The position numbers and the translations under genes were made by a program. 64,000 nucleotides of DNA from a bacterium. GTDB lineage: Bacteria > Patescibacteriota > Dojkabacteria > JAKAPS01 > JAJZLI01. Where the stretch lies: NCBI GenBank assembly GCA_021846685.1, contig JAJZWL010000003.1:17700-81699 (forward strand), written 5' to 3'. Of this stretch, positions 8,903 through 18,757 are shown piece by piece; position 1 is the first letter of the stretch, and each line of letters starts with the position of its first letter. Under the pieces are notes generated by a model, which did not search any database, was not told the origin of the DNA, and was given only the letters and a program-made list of their open reading frames with translations.

Positions 8903-9610
8903 TTAACTATTTATAAGTAATTTTATTAATTCATCATTGTGAATTTTAATAGATGGACCCATGGTAGGGCATACATAGATTGTTTTTAATAGTATACTAG
9001 CAGACTTCCCAGATACACTGATAAATGACTTTAATAAATCTATTAAATTCTCTAGCAACTCTTCCTTTGTATTTTCAATATTACCTATAATTGTATGTAG
9101 TGTCCCATTTGAATCTGATTTGAAGTCAAATTTTCCTCCTTTATATTTTTTTATAATATCTTCTAAATCATCAGTTACTGTTCCTAATTTAGGATTTGGC
9201 ATTAATGATTTAGGTCCTAATATTTTTCCTAATATAGCAATTTTAGGCATAACAGAAGGAGATGCTATAACCAAATCAAAATCATCCCAACCTTCTTGTA
9301 TTTTCTTTATATATAGATCTAATCCTACATAATTAAATTCTTTTTTTGTTTCAGGTTTGATATCCTTCTGATCTGTAAGTAACAATATTTTTTTATTTTT
9401 ACCTACTTTATTTTTATAATAGACACTTCCTCTTAATATTTGCTTATTTTCTTTTTTACTGATTTTAGTAGATATATGTACTTCAATGCTCCCTTTAAAA
9501 TTTGAAGTAGATAGCTCTTTAACTTTATCTAAAGATTCTAATATTGAAATATTTGTATTAGTATCAATTTTATTTTTTATTTGATTGTATTTTTTACTTC
9601 GTTTTTTCAT
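8903..9610 (-). CDS. rplA: 50S ribosomal protein L1
   Basis: The 235-aa product has the L1 family pattern and a conserved position after rplK. Confidence 0.88.
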   Translation of the reverse strand: MKKRSKKYNQIKNKIDTNTNISILESLDKVKELSTSNFKGSIEVHISTKISKKENKQILRGSVYYKNKVGKNKKILLLTDQKDIKPETKKEFNYVGLDLYIKKIQEGWDDFDLVIASPSVMPKIAILGKILGPKSLMPNPKLGTVTDDLEDIIKKYKGGKFDFKSDSNGTLHTIIGNIENTKEELLENLIDLLKSFISVSGKSASILLKTIYVCPTMGPSIKIHNDELIKLLINS

Positions 9611-9613
9611 AAT

Positions 9614-10036
9614 TTATTTTATAACTATACCCATATTTCTAGCTGTTCCTGCAATTATTTTTTTTGCTTGTTCAATGTCATCTGTATTAAGATCAGGTAT
9701 CTTAATTCTGGCGATTTCTTCTAATTGTGACTGAGTTAATGTTCCAACTTTTTCTTTTAACGATTCTTTTGATCCTTTATTAATATTTAATAAACTTTTT
9801 ATTAATACTGCTGCCGGAGGAGTTTTAATTATAAATTTAAAAGATCTATCTTTATATATATCTATAACAACTGGATAAATCAAATCTCCTTTATCTTTAG
9901 TTTGATTATTAAATTGATTACAAAAATCCATAATATTTACACCATGTTGTCCTAATGCAGGTCCTATTGGTGGAGTAGGAGTAGCTTTTCCTGCTTGTAT
10001 TTGTAATTTAACTTGTGTAATATTTTTTTTATCCAT
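9614..10036 (-). CDS. rplK: 50S ribosomal protein L11
   Basis: [18 protein letters not shown] is the L11 signature. Confidence 0.92.
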   Translation of the reverse strand: MDKKNITQVKLQIQAGKATPTPPIGPALGQHGVNIMDFCNQFNNQTKDKGDLIYPVVIDIYKDRSFKFIIKTPPAAVLIKSLLNINKGSKESLKEKVGTLTQSQLEEIARIKIPDLNTDDIEQAKKIIAGTARNMGIVIK

Positions 10037-10044
10037 TAACTAAT

Positions 10045-10587
10045 TTATATTAATTTAATTTGCATTAAATCTAACTCTACTGGAGTTTCTCTTCCAAATA
10101 TAGATATTAATACTTTAACTTTACTTTTTTCTTCATTTACCTCATTTACTTTTCCATTAAAGTCTTTAAATGCTCCATCAGTAACTACTACTGCATCTCC
10201 AACATTGAAATAAGTTTGAACGGCTGGAGTTTCTACCTGCATAAATTTAAGGATTGCATCAACTTCTTTCTCATTTAATGGTGTTGGGTTGTTTCCTGCA
10301 CCTACAAATCCAGTAACTCCTTGAGTATCTCTTATAATAGGCCATGTATCCTTATTAAGTTCCATTTTAATTAATATATATCCAGGTAGAATTTTATCTT
10401 TAATTTGCTTTTTCTTTCCATCTGTAATAATTGTTTTATTTTGAGTAGGGATAACAATCTCTTTTATATATTTAGATAAATTGGCAGTATCAGCTCTTTG
10501 ATTAATAATTATAGAGACCTTATTTTCATATCCAGTAAAAACATTTACTGCATACCATTTGAAATTTTTCTTATTTTTCTTATCCAT
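10045..10587 (-). CDS. nusG: Transcription antitermination factor NusG
   Basis: KWYAVNVFTGYENKV marks the NGN domain. The C-terminal KOW region is VGDAVVVTDGAFKDFNGKV. Confidence 0.88.
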   Translation of the reverse strand: MDKKNKKNFKWYAVNVFTGYENKVSIIINQRADTANLSKYIKEIVIPTQNKTIITDGKKKQIKDKILPGYILIKMELNKDTWPIIRDTQGVTGFVGAGNNPTPLNEKEVDAILKFMQVETPAVQTYFNVGDAVVVTDGAFKDFNGKVNEVNEEKSKVKVLISIFGRETPVELDLMQIKLI

Positions 10588-10590
10588 AAT

Positions 10591-10761
10591 TTACAATATA
10601 AGAGACAATACTTTTTGAAATATAATATCTAATCCAAATAACATTAAACTAATAACTATTGATATCAAGACTACTTGAAAAGTAGAATTATACAAATCCT
10701 TACCTAGATACCACTTCGTATTTTTTAGTTCTACAAAAACTTCTTTTAAAAATTTAAACAC
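10591..10761 (-). CDS. secE: Preprotein translocase subunit SecE (56 aa, GTG start); not in the ORF track
   Basis: Manual translation gives VFKFLKEVFVELKNTKWYLGKDLYNSTFQVVLISIVISLMLFGLDIIFQKVLSLIL*. This has the SecE amphipathic-helix-plus-TM pattern and sits in the canonical position between tRNA-Trp and nusG. Confidence 0.6.
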   Translation of the reverse strand: MFKFLKEVFVELKNTKWYLGKDLYNSTFQVVLISIVISLMLFGLDIIFQKVLSLIL

Positions 10762-10836
10762 ATTAATTAGTATTGATAATAGATGATAACAAATATTTAC
10801 TATTATATCAATAATTAAAATAAATTAATTTCAAAT

Positions 10837-10907
10837 CAGGCTCAGGGGGATTTGAACCCTCATTGTTGGTTTTGGAGACCAATGTTCTACCATTGAACTA
10901 TGAGCCT
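10837..10907 (-). tRNA. tRNA-Trp (anticodon CCA)
   Basis: The acceptor AGGCTCA/TGAGCCT is a perfect 7 bp. The anticodon loop is CTCCAAA and the T-loop is TTCAAAT. Confidence 0.85.
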
Positions 10908-10908
10908 T

Positions 10909-11073
10909 CTATTTAACTTCTTTATGTAATGTATGTTTTTTACATTTTTGACAATATTTATTTATTTCCACTTTGTCAACTGTATTTGTAAAATTCTTCT
11001 CAGAGGTGTAATTCCTATTTTTACAAACAGGACATTCTAAGTTAATATATCTCCTATTTTCTTTTTTTGCCAT
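10909..11073 (-). CDS. rpmG: 50S ribosomal protein L33 (54 aa); not in the ORF track
   Basis: Manual translation gives MAKKENRRYINLECPVCKNRNYTSEKNFTNTVDKVEINKYCQKCKKHTLHKEVK*. This is a CxxC...CxxC zinc ribbon typical of L33, with an rpmG-tRNATrp-secE-nusG context. Confidence 0.75.
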   Translation of the reverse strand: MAKKENRRYINLECPVCKNRNYTSEKNFTNTVDKVEINKYCQKCKKHTLHKEVK

Positions 11074-11101
11074 AATATTAATATAATATATAATTTAAAA
11101 C

Positions 11102-11174
11102 AGCCTAGAAGCGGATTTGAACCGCTGACCTTTCCCTTACCATGGGAATGCTCTACCTGCTAAGCTATCTAGGC
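11102..11174 (-). tRNA. tRNA-Thr (anticodon GGU)
   Basis: A clean cloverleaf: GCCTAGA acceptor, anticodon loop ATGGTAA, T-arm AGCGG-TTCAAAT-CCGCT. Confidence 0.88.
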
Positions 11175-11176
11175 TT

Positions 11177-11260
11177 TGCAGGGAGGAGGATTCGAACCTC
11201 CGTAGCCATATTGGCAACTGATTTACAGTCAGCCGCGATTGTCCACTCCGCCATCCCTGC
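11177..11260 (-). tRNA. tRNA-Tyr (anticodon GUA), long variable arm
   Basis: The 84-nt gene has acceptor GCAGGGA/TCCCTGC, anticodon loop CTGTAAA and T-arm GGAGG-TTCGAAT-CCTCC. Confidence 0.85.
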
Positions 11261-11273
11261 ACTAAACCTAGAT

Positions 11274-11346
11274 TAGCCTCCTGTCAGACTTGAACTGACG
11301 ACCTGCTGTTTACAAAACAGCTGCTCTACCACTGAGCTAAGAAGGC
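11274..11346 (-). tRNA. tRNA-Thr (anticodon UGU)
   Basis: Acceptor GCCTTCT, D-arm AGCTCAGTGGTAGAGC, anticodon loop TTTGTAA and T-arm GTCAG-TTCAAGT-CTGAC. Confidence 0.82.
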
Positions 11347-11547
11347 ATAGTCTTCTTTTAGACAACTATTTTATCTGATTTATGTAATTTAATCAATTAA
11401 TTAACCCATCAATCTTATTAAATTTGATTTATTAAAACCAAAAATAAAAACTCAAACATATTTATAAAAATATATTATATTGTTTTTTAAAAAAATATAT
11501 TGTTAAATCAATTTTTTAAATTGATGGGTATATTTATTATAACAACT

Positions 11548-12180
11548 CTACAGGAATATTAATACACTATAAATTTTAGTTATTATAGGCATTATTATAA
11601 AACTTATAATTGAATAAAATCTACCATAAATAGGAATAATAGGAATTATGAGCAATATTAAGAAAAATATAGAATATTGCGTAATATATCTTTGTATATT
11701 CTCATTTTTTATTATATATGATAAAAAATTACCACCATCTAAAGGTGGCACAGGTATTAAGTTGAAAATTCCTAGTCCTATATTTATAATCATGACCTCT
11801 GAAAGTATATTTATAATTCTACTTATTAATAAGGTATTTATAGGCATTAGTATCGTCAATTTTATCAATAATAATGCTACTATAGTTAAGAAAAAGTTAG
11901 ATATTGGCCCTGCTAGAGAAATTATTAATGTATATAATTTTGGATCCTTTAAATTAGATTGATTAATTAGAGTTGGATTTCCCCATCCAAATCTAAATAA
12001 TGTTAATAGCATAAATAAAAAACCTAATAGAGTAATTTGTTTAGTAGGATCTAGAGTCAATCTTCCTTGATTTTTTGCAGTACTATCACCTAACAAATAA
12101 GCGACCAATGTATGCGAAAATTCATGAAACGATACACTAAAAATTATAATTATTCCTAAGAGTATTAGATTAAAATACAT
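11548..12180 (-). CDS. Peptidase M50 family (site-2 protease-like) membrane metalloprotease
   Basis: It has an HEFSH zinc motif in a TM helix and is polytopic. Confidence 0.6.
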   Translation of the reverse strand: MYFNLILLGIIIIFSVSFHEFSHTLVAYLLGDSTAKNQGRLTLDPTKQITLLGFLFMLLTLFRFGWGNPTLINQSNLKDPKLYTLIISLAGPISNFFLTIVALLLIKLTILMPINTLLISRIINILSEVMIINIGLGIFNLIPVPPLDGGNFLSYIIKNENIQRYITQYSIFFLILLIIPIIPIYGRFYSIISFIIMPIITKIYSVLIFL

Positions 12181-12249
12181 TTTAAATCTTGCATAAAATA
12201 TTTTTTTATTATATCATAACTGGGTATTAATTCATCTTTAAGGTTTTAT

Positions 12250-12477
12250 ATGTCTAGAGTTTGCGATATATGTAATAAAGGATTTTTGACTGTTACAAAC
12301 ATCAGTCATAAACATTCTGGTAGTTGGGCTAAAAAAGCACCTAAAACTAAGAGAAAATCATATCCTAATCTAAGGATGTTAAAAGTTATGCCAGATAATT
12401 CTAGTAATCTTATGAAAATTAAAGTATGTATGAGATGTTATAGAACAATTAGGGGTAAATCTATTAAGTTAAATTAA
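12250..12477 (+). CDS. rpmB: 50S ribosomal protein L28
   Basis: MSRVCDICNKG...SHKHSG..KRKSYPNL matches the L28 family N-terminus and length. Confidence 0.78.
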   Translation: MSRVCDICNKGFLTVTNISHKHSGSWAKKAPKTKRKSYPNLRMLKVMPDNSSNLMKIKVCMRCYRTIRGKSIKLN

Positions 12478-14469
12478 AGTTGAGGGTTCGATATCTATAA
12501 TTACTCCATTTTCTTGCATAAACGTTTTTCTGAGAAATTTTTTTACATTTTTTCCATCATTAAATATTTTTAAAATAATATTTTTTCTATATATATAATT
12601 TTTTTTATAAGGAAATCCACTTGTTGGTAAATAAATTTGAATACCTTCTAATTTTTCTTCTTTTATTTTTTGATAGATGTTCATTGATTTCAAATTAAGA
12701 GTTTTTTCATTTTTAGATTTAATAGTAATTTTTATCATTTCACAGAATGGAGGGTAATTAAATTTTTTTCTATTTATAATCTCATAATTATAGAGATCTA
12801 CGTAATTATTATTTTTAAGTAATTCTATAATTTTATTCTCTGTATCATATGTTTGTAATATTACTTTTCCCTCTAATCCTTTTCTCCCAATTCTTCCTAT
12901 TAATTGAGAAAGTTTTTGATAAGAATTTTCATAACCTTTATAGTCTGGAAAAGAAAAATCTAAATCTGCAGAGAGTATTCCTATTAAATGTATATTATTT
13001 AAATCCCATCCTTTTACTATTAATTGAGTGCCTATAATAATTTTTATATCTTTGTTATTTAATATTTTATATATTTCTTGATCATTATTAAATTCATTAT
13101 TAGTTTTGTAGTCTTTATCTAATATAAATATATTCTTTTTTTCTAATAAAAAAATCTTTTCTAATTCTTCAGCTATATATTGAGTTCCAAATCCATAAAA
13201 TTTAACCTCTTTATTTCCACAATTGCTACAAAGTAAGTTAGCTATATCTTTGATATATTCACAATGATGACAATATAAGTTATATAAACCTTTATCTTTA
13301 TGTATATTTAAGGGTATTTCGCAACGTGGACACTCTTCTATATGTCCACAATTATTACATAGTAATATTGGTGAAAATCCTCTTCTATTAATATAGAGTA
13401 TAGATTTTTTATTCTGTTTTAAGCTATTTATTATTTCTGATTGTAATTTTTTTGAAAATATTGAGTTATTACCGTTCTCTTTTTCTTCTTTTAAGTCTAT
13501 TATATCTAATTTAACTTTCGCATCTTCATTGTAGTGAAATTTTTCATCTAAAGATATAATTTTATACCCATTATTGTTTAAATATCTATAATAGATGTCT
13601 ATCCTGGGTGTTGCACTTCCTAATATTAATTGAGTATTATTTATTTCTGTAATATATTCTGCTAACTTTATGGTATCATATCGAGGATCTTGGTCTTGTT
13701 TGTAACTAATATCATGAAATTCATCAATTATGATTAACCCCAAATCTTTAAATCTTGAAAATATTGCAGATCTAGATCCTATGACTATATTCTTCATTCC
13801 TAAAGATATTAGATTATTCTCTATACCTTTATGTTTTTTTTGAATTTTGCTATGCATTATAGCTATATTATCTCCTCCGAATTCTTTTTGTATCTTAATA
13901 TATATTTGGGATGTCAGTGTGATATCTGGAACTAATAATAAAACTTGTTTATTCTTTTTTAAATAATCCTTTATTATTTCGATATAAATCTCAGTTTTAC
14001 CACTCCCTGTTACCCCATATAGTATAAACTTATTTATATGTTGAGACTTATTAATGCTAAAGTAGTCATTATAGACATCCTCTTGCTTTGGTGTTAGTTT
14101 CGATATTGATTCTGAATGAGTAGGAGTAGTTTTCTCTTTTTCAAGATTATTAGTCAGAGAGACTTTTTTTGTCAGATAAAGATTAATGGCATGATTTATC
14201 ATTGAATTGTAGTGAATGATTAAGTACTTGATTATTCTTAATTCTGTAATACTTAATTTAAGGTAAGTATCATTTAGATTTTCAATAATTTTTTTAATCT
14301 CAAAGTTATAGCTATCCTTGGTTTCTATTTTGTCTACAACAATACCTATTAATGATTTTTTTCCAAAAGGTACTAATACCACATCTCCTATATTCAAGTT
14401 GCTATTACTTGAATAAATAAAGGGTTGCTTAATCTTTAATTTAGTATTTACAAAAATTTTATAAAACAT
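12469..14469 (-). CDS. priA: Primosomal protein N' (PriA helicase)
   Basis: A DEAD-like helicase (GVTGSGKTE, DEFH) is followed by the PriA Cys-rich zinc-binding insert (CNNCGH..CPRCE..C..C). Confidence 0.85.
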   Translation of the reverse strand: MFYKIFVNTKLKIKQPFIYSSNSNLNIGDVVLVPFGKKSLIGIVVDKIETKDSYNFEIKKIIENLNDTYLKLSITELRIIKYLIIHYNSMINHAINLYLTKKVSLTNNLEKEKTTPTHSESISKLTPKQEDVYNDYFSINKSQHINKFILYGVTGSGKTEIYIEIIKDYLKKNKQVLLLVPDITLTSQIYIKIQKEFGGDNIAIMHSKIQKKHKGIENNLISLGMKNIVIGSRSAIFSRFKDLGLIIIDEFHDISYKQDQDPRYDTIKLAEYITEINNTQLILGSATPRIDIYYRYLNNNGYKIISLDEKFHYNEDAKVKLDIIDLKEEKENGNNSIFSKKLQSEIINSLKQNKKSILYINRRGFSPILLCNNCGHIEECPRCEIPLNIHKDKGLYNLYCHHCEYIKDIANLLCSNCGNKEVKFYGFGTQYIAEELEKIFLLEKKNIFILDKDYKTNNEFNNDQEIYKILNNKDIKIIIGTQLIVKGWDLNNIHLIGILSADLDFSFPDYKGYENSYQKLSQLIGRIGRKGLEGKVILQTYDTENKIIELLKNNNYVDLYNYEIINRKKFNYPPFCEMIKITIKSKNEKTLNLKSMNIYQKIKEEKLEGIQIYLPTSGFPYKKNYIYRKNIILKIFNDGKNVKKFLRKTFMQENGVIIDIEPSTLI

Positions 14470-14522
14470 TTTACTATAGTTATTATTAATGATACAATAT
14501 TATCGCTTTATTTAAAAATATT

Positions 14523-15581
14523 ATGACATCTTCAAATACATTTTGGAATTTTTTTACATTTGATATTGGTATAGATTTAGGGACTGCTAATACTTTGGTT
14601 TTTGTTAAAAACCAAGATATTAATATTTCTGAGCCTTCTGTAGTTGCATTAAACTCTAAGACTAAGGAAATATTAGCTGTTGGATCTGAAGCTCAAAAAA
14701 TGTTGGGACGAACACCTGCTTCTATTGTAGCCATAAGGCCTTTGAAGGATGGTGTAATATCAGATTTTGATTCTACAAAGGAAATGATCCATTATTTTAT
14801 AGAAAAAGTGCATAAAGATTCTAAGAAAATATTTAAAATAGCTAGACCTAGGATAGTTATTGGTATACCTTCTGCGATAACAGAAGTTGAGAAAAAAGCA
14901 GTCATTGATGCTGCAATATCAGCTGGAGCTAGAGATGTCTATTTAATTCAAGAGCCCATGGCGGCTGCAATAGGATGTAATTTGCCCGTAACTGAAGCAA
15001 TGGGATCTTTTATAGTAGATATAGGTGGAGGAACTTCAGATATAGCTGTTATTTCATTAGGTGGTATAGTTGTTGATAAATCAATAAGAATAGCTGGAGA
15101 TGAATTAACTCAAGATATTATTAACTATGTAAGAGGTAAATATAACTTATTGATAGGAGAAAGGTCGGCTGAACAGCTCAAAATTACTTTAGGGAATGCA
15201 TATCCTAGAAAAGAAAATAAAAAAGCTGAGATAAAAGGTAGAGATATATTACTTGGATTACCAAAAACTATTACAATATCTGAGGCAGAAATTAGAGAAG
15301 CTATGAGTAATTCTTTAAATATAATAATAGAAGCTATTTATGATGCTTTGGAAGAGACCCCTCCTGAATTAGTGTCTGATATTACTGAAAGAGGAATATA
15401 TTTGACTGGTGGTGGTGCTTTAATTTCAGGGATAAAGAAACTTTTTTCAGAAAAAATAAAAGTGCCTTTCATTATTGCTGATGATCCTCTTAAAAGTGTA
15501 GTAATAGGGGCTTCTAAAATATTGGAAGATGTAAATTTATTAGAGAGTATAAGTTCTTCTGATTCAGAAGATTATATTTAA
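14523..15581 (+). CDS. mreB: Rod-shape determining protein MreB
   Basis: DIGIDLGTANTLVFV, EPSVVAL and DIGGGTSDIAVISLGGIV are present, and it sits immediately upstream of mreC/mreD/PBP2. Confidence 0.92.
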   Translation: MTSSNTFWNFFTFDIGIDLGTANTLVFVKNQDINISEPSVVALNSKTKEILAVGSEAQKMLGRTPASIVAIRPLKDGVISDFDSTKEMIHYFIEKVHKDSKKIFKIARPRIVIGIPSAITEVEKKAVIDAAISAGARDVYLIQEPMAAAIGCNLPVTEAMGSFIVDIGGGTSDIAVISLGGIVVDKSIRIAGDELTQDIINYVRGKYNLLIGERSAEQLKITLGNAYPRKENKKAEIKGRDILLGLPKTITISEAEIREAMSNSLNIIIEAIYDALEETPPELVSDITERGIYLTGGGALISGIKKLFSEKIKVPFIIADDPLKSVVIGASKILEDVNLLESISSSDSEDYI

Positions 15582-15589
15582 ATGTTATA

Positions 15590-16393
15590 ATGAAATCTAG
15601 AAACACACAAAAAATAAAGTTACTAAACGGTATTACCTGGCTTTTAATTGTCGATATATTTATATTTTTGATATCCATGAAATTTTATTTTGCATACAAT
15701 GTACTAGATCCATTGATTATTCCTGTAAAAAATTATACTTCTAATATATCTTCAAATGTGGGAAATTTTTTTATTACACTAGAGAATCTTAATAATGTTA
15801 GTAAGCAGAATATAATATTACAAGATAAGATCTATTTATATAAGTCAAAAATTAATTCTTTGGAAAATAATAAGTCTAAAACGCTTTCAATCAGTAATCA
15901 ATTAAAGGGTAATTATTTAAATAATAAATATAAATATATATATTCTCAAATAATGTATTATGGTACAAATAATACATTTGGATATACTTATTTAAACTCA
16001 GGAAGTGCTCAGGGTGTGAAATTAAATGATCCTGTGGTTTTTGAAAACTATCTTGTAGGGGTTGTATCTAAGGTATTTAATAATTATTCTAAAGTAATGT
16101 TAATTTCTAATTTAAATATTAATGTTCCTGTACTGATCAATAATACTAATGGTATATTAAAGGGGAGTCTATCTAGTTCTTTAACTGTTCAAGATATTAC
16201 TCAATTAAATAATATTTCTTTAGGGAATGTAGTAATAACCTCTGGATTAGATGGCACGTTCCCTAAAAACTTAATAGTTGGAAATGTAGAGCAGGTAAAA
16301 GGAAGTAAGAGCGGCCTTTTTAAAGATATTTCTGTAGCTCCTGCTATAAATATAAATAACCTAAAATATCTTTTTATATTAAAATATGAATAA
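15590..16393 (+). CDS. mreC: Rod shape-determining protein MreC
   Basis: An N-terminal TM helix is followed by a coiled coil and a beta-rich C-terminus (GLDGTFPKNLIVGNV). Its position after mreB supports the call. Confidence 0.7.
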   Translation: MKSRNTQKIKLLNGITWLLIVDIFIFLISMKFYFAYNVLDPLIIPVKNYTSNISSNVGNFFITLENLNNVSKQNIILQDKIYLYKSKINSLENNKSKTLSISNQLKGNYLNNKYKYIYSQIMYYGTNNTFGYTYLNSGSAQGVKLNDPVVFENYLVGVVSKVFNNYSKVMLISNLNINVPVLINNTNGILKGSLSSSLTVQDITQLNNISLGNVVITSGLDGTFPKNLIVGNVEQVKGSKSGLFKDISVAPAININNLKYLFILKYE

Positions 16394-16877
16394 AAAATTG
16401 ATAACCATATACATAGTTTATAGCATATTATTGATGCTATTTAGCAGTTCTTTTCTGAATGTGATATTTATATCTGTTTTATTCTTTAATATAATGTTTA
16501 TTTTGAATATAAAAGTATTTTTTGAAGAAAAAATGAGATCTATGTTATACATATATATATTTATATATGGTTTGATTTTCGATCTGTATTTATTTAAACC
16601 TTTAGGAGAAACAAGTTTTTTATTCTTATTGCCTTTATTAATCCTGTATTTTTACCCTAGTTTAAGATTGCGATCGATAGTCTATATTTCATCTAGTTTT
16701 ATATTTAATATATTATTATTAATATATATATTAGGACCTAATTTTATAGGCAAAATTTATAATAATTATATTTTAATATTATTTATTATTGTGATATTAG
16801 CTATAGAGAGCACAATAATAAAGGTTTTTATAAAAAGAAAGAAAATTTCGAAAAATATATATACCATTGATATTTAA
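16386..16877 (+). CDS. mreD: Rod shape-determining protein MreD
   Basis: A small polytopic membrane protein that overlaps the mreC stop. Confidence 0.6.
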   Translation: MNKKLITIYIVYSILLMLFSSSFLNVIFISVLFFNIMFILNIKVFFEEKMRSMLYIYIFIYGLIFDLYLFKPLGETSFLFLLPLLILYFYPSLRLRSIVYISSSFIFNILLLIYILGPNFIGKIYNNYILILFIIVILAIESTIIKVFIKRKKISKNIYTIDI

Positions 16878-16882
16878 GTAAA

Positions 16883-18748
16883 ATGAATAATTTTGAAATT
16901 GATGATTTAAATAGTCTCCCAGATGATGATAATCATAAGATTATTAATAATGAGTTATTATCTAAAATATATTCTTATTTAATATACTCTATATTCGCAT
17001 TCTTTATATTAGTCTTGATATACTTTTCCGTTATAGAGTTTAAGAAATATAATAAGTTGTCAATAAATAATAGATTAATAACTACTCCTATTATTGCTCC
17101 TAGAGGTGTAATTTTTTCTAGGAATATGACCCAGCTTTCGTACAATATTCCTACATTTAATTTATATATTAATACTCAAAATTTAAGTAAATCTCATCTA
17201 AAAACAGATATTAGTATACTTTCTAAAATATTAGCTATAAGTAGTAAAAAGATTACAAAAATTGTTCAAAGTGGACTGAAGTCTGGGTACGTAGAAATAC
17301 CTATTGAAACGGGGATAAGTAATAAGAATGAAATATTAATTTCTTCAAATAGTCATTTATATGGTGTCAGCTTTAAACAAACATCTTATGTTAAATTTCG
17401 TTACAATAATTTATTATCTCATATATTGGGTTATACTGGCCCAATAAGTGAGCAAGAATTACTAAATAATAAAAATATGAATCCTTATGATATAGTCGGA
17501 AGATATGGCATTGAAGAAAGTTTCAACAATTATTTAACGGGAAAAGATGGGTATCAAATTAATGAGGTAGATACTTATGGAAATGCAGTATCTAAGTTTG
17601 CAAAAGTAAATCCTATCCCAGGTAATAATATTCAACTTACAGTTAGTGCTACTATTCAAAAAAAATTACAGCAATTAATTATTCAAAATATTAAGCAGAA
17701 TCCTAATCATGTTACGGGAGCAGTAGGTATTGTTGAAAATATTAATACTGGAGGTATTCTAGCTATGGTGAGTTATCCCACATTTAATAATAATAATTTT
17801 GAAGGCTTAGGTATAAGTCAATCTCAATATTCAAAATTATTAAATAACCCTGATACTCCATTGTTAAATAGGGCTATATCTACTCAGCAACCTATTGGAT
17901 CTATAATGAAAACTATACTTTTGTCTGCTGGTTTACAGACTGGGGCTATAACAAAAAATACGACATTCTCAGTTCCTGGAACTTTTAATTATGATGGAAC
18001 AGTCTTTGAAAATTATGCAAGAATAAATTGGGGTGAAGCTAATATAGAAAAATGCTTACAGTATTCAATTAATGTTTTTGCATTTAAAGCTGCTTTGAAA
18101 ATAGGAATAGGTAATTTTGTTAAATATGAAAAACTTTTTGGGTTAGGGAAGCCTACAGGAATACAACTACCAGGAGAAAGTTCTGGGATCATCGCAAATC
18201 CTAAAACTAAATTACAATTAACAGGTCAACCTTGGTATCCTGGTGATTTATTAAATTCGGCAATAGGTCAAGGTTACACAGAAGTTACTCCAATTCAAGT
18301 TGCTAATTTTATAAGTGCTATTGCTAATGGTGGGAAATTAATGAGACCAAGGATTGTAAAAGCTATATATAATTATAAAGGAAATTTAGTAAAAAAATAT
18401 AATCCTACTGTCATTAGGTCAGGTTTTGTATCTTCAAAAAATCTAGATATTATAAAAACTGGAATGTATCTGGCTGTGCAGCATGGTATAGATATTGCAG
18501 CTCAAAGTACTATAGCTGATAATGCAGGAAAGAGTGGAACAGCTCAATTTGGACAAGAATCATATAATCCAAATCCTGCAGCTAATAGATATTTACATTC
18601 TCATTCTTGGATGTCTTCATTTGCTCCATATAATAAACCTCAGATAGCAATGGTAGTATTTGAAGAGAATGGAGGAGTCAGCACTTATTCTGCAGAGGTT
18701 GTAAAAAATTTCATGAACTGGTATTTTGGTACATATTTAAAACATTAA
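16883..18748 (+). CDS. mrdA: Penicillin-binding protein 2 (elongasome transpeptidase)
   Basis: A TM anchor is followed by a PBP dimer domain and a transpeptidase domain with SIMK (SxxK) and KSGT motifs. Confidence 0.85.
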   Translation: MNNFEIDDLNSLPDDDNHKIINNELLSKIYSYLIYSIFAFFILVLIYFSVIEFKKYNKLSINNRLITTPIIAPRGVIFSRNMTQLSYNIPTFNLYINTQNLSKSHLKTDISILSKILAISSKKITKIVQSGLKSGYVEIPIETGISNKNEILISSNSHLYGVSFKQTSYVKFRYNNLLSHILGYTGPISEQELLNNKNMNPYDIVGRYGIEESFNNYLTGKDGYQINEVDTYGNAVSKFAKVNPIPGNNIQLTVSATIQKKLQQLIIQNIKQNPNHVTGAVGIVENINTGGILAMVSYPTFNNNNFEGLGISQSQYSKLLNNPDTPLLNRAISTQQPIGSIMKTILLSAGLQTGAITKNTTFSVPGTFNYDGTVFENYARINWGEANIEKCLQYSINVFAFKAALKIGIGNFVKYEKLFGLGKPTGIQLPGESSGIIANPKTKLQLTGQPWYPGDLLNSAIGQGYTEVTPIQVANFISAIANGGKLMRPRIVKAIYNYKGNLVKKYNPTVIRSGFVSSKNLDIIKTGMYLAVQHGIDIAAQSTIADNAGKSGTAQFGQESYNPNPAANRYLHSHSWMSSFAPYNKPQIAMVVFEENGGVSTYSAEVVKNFMNWYFGTYLKH

Positions 18749-18757
18749 TATTTAATC

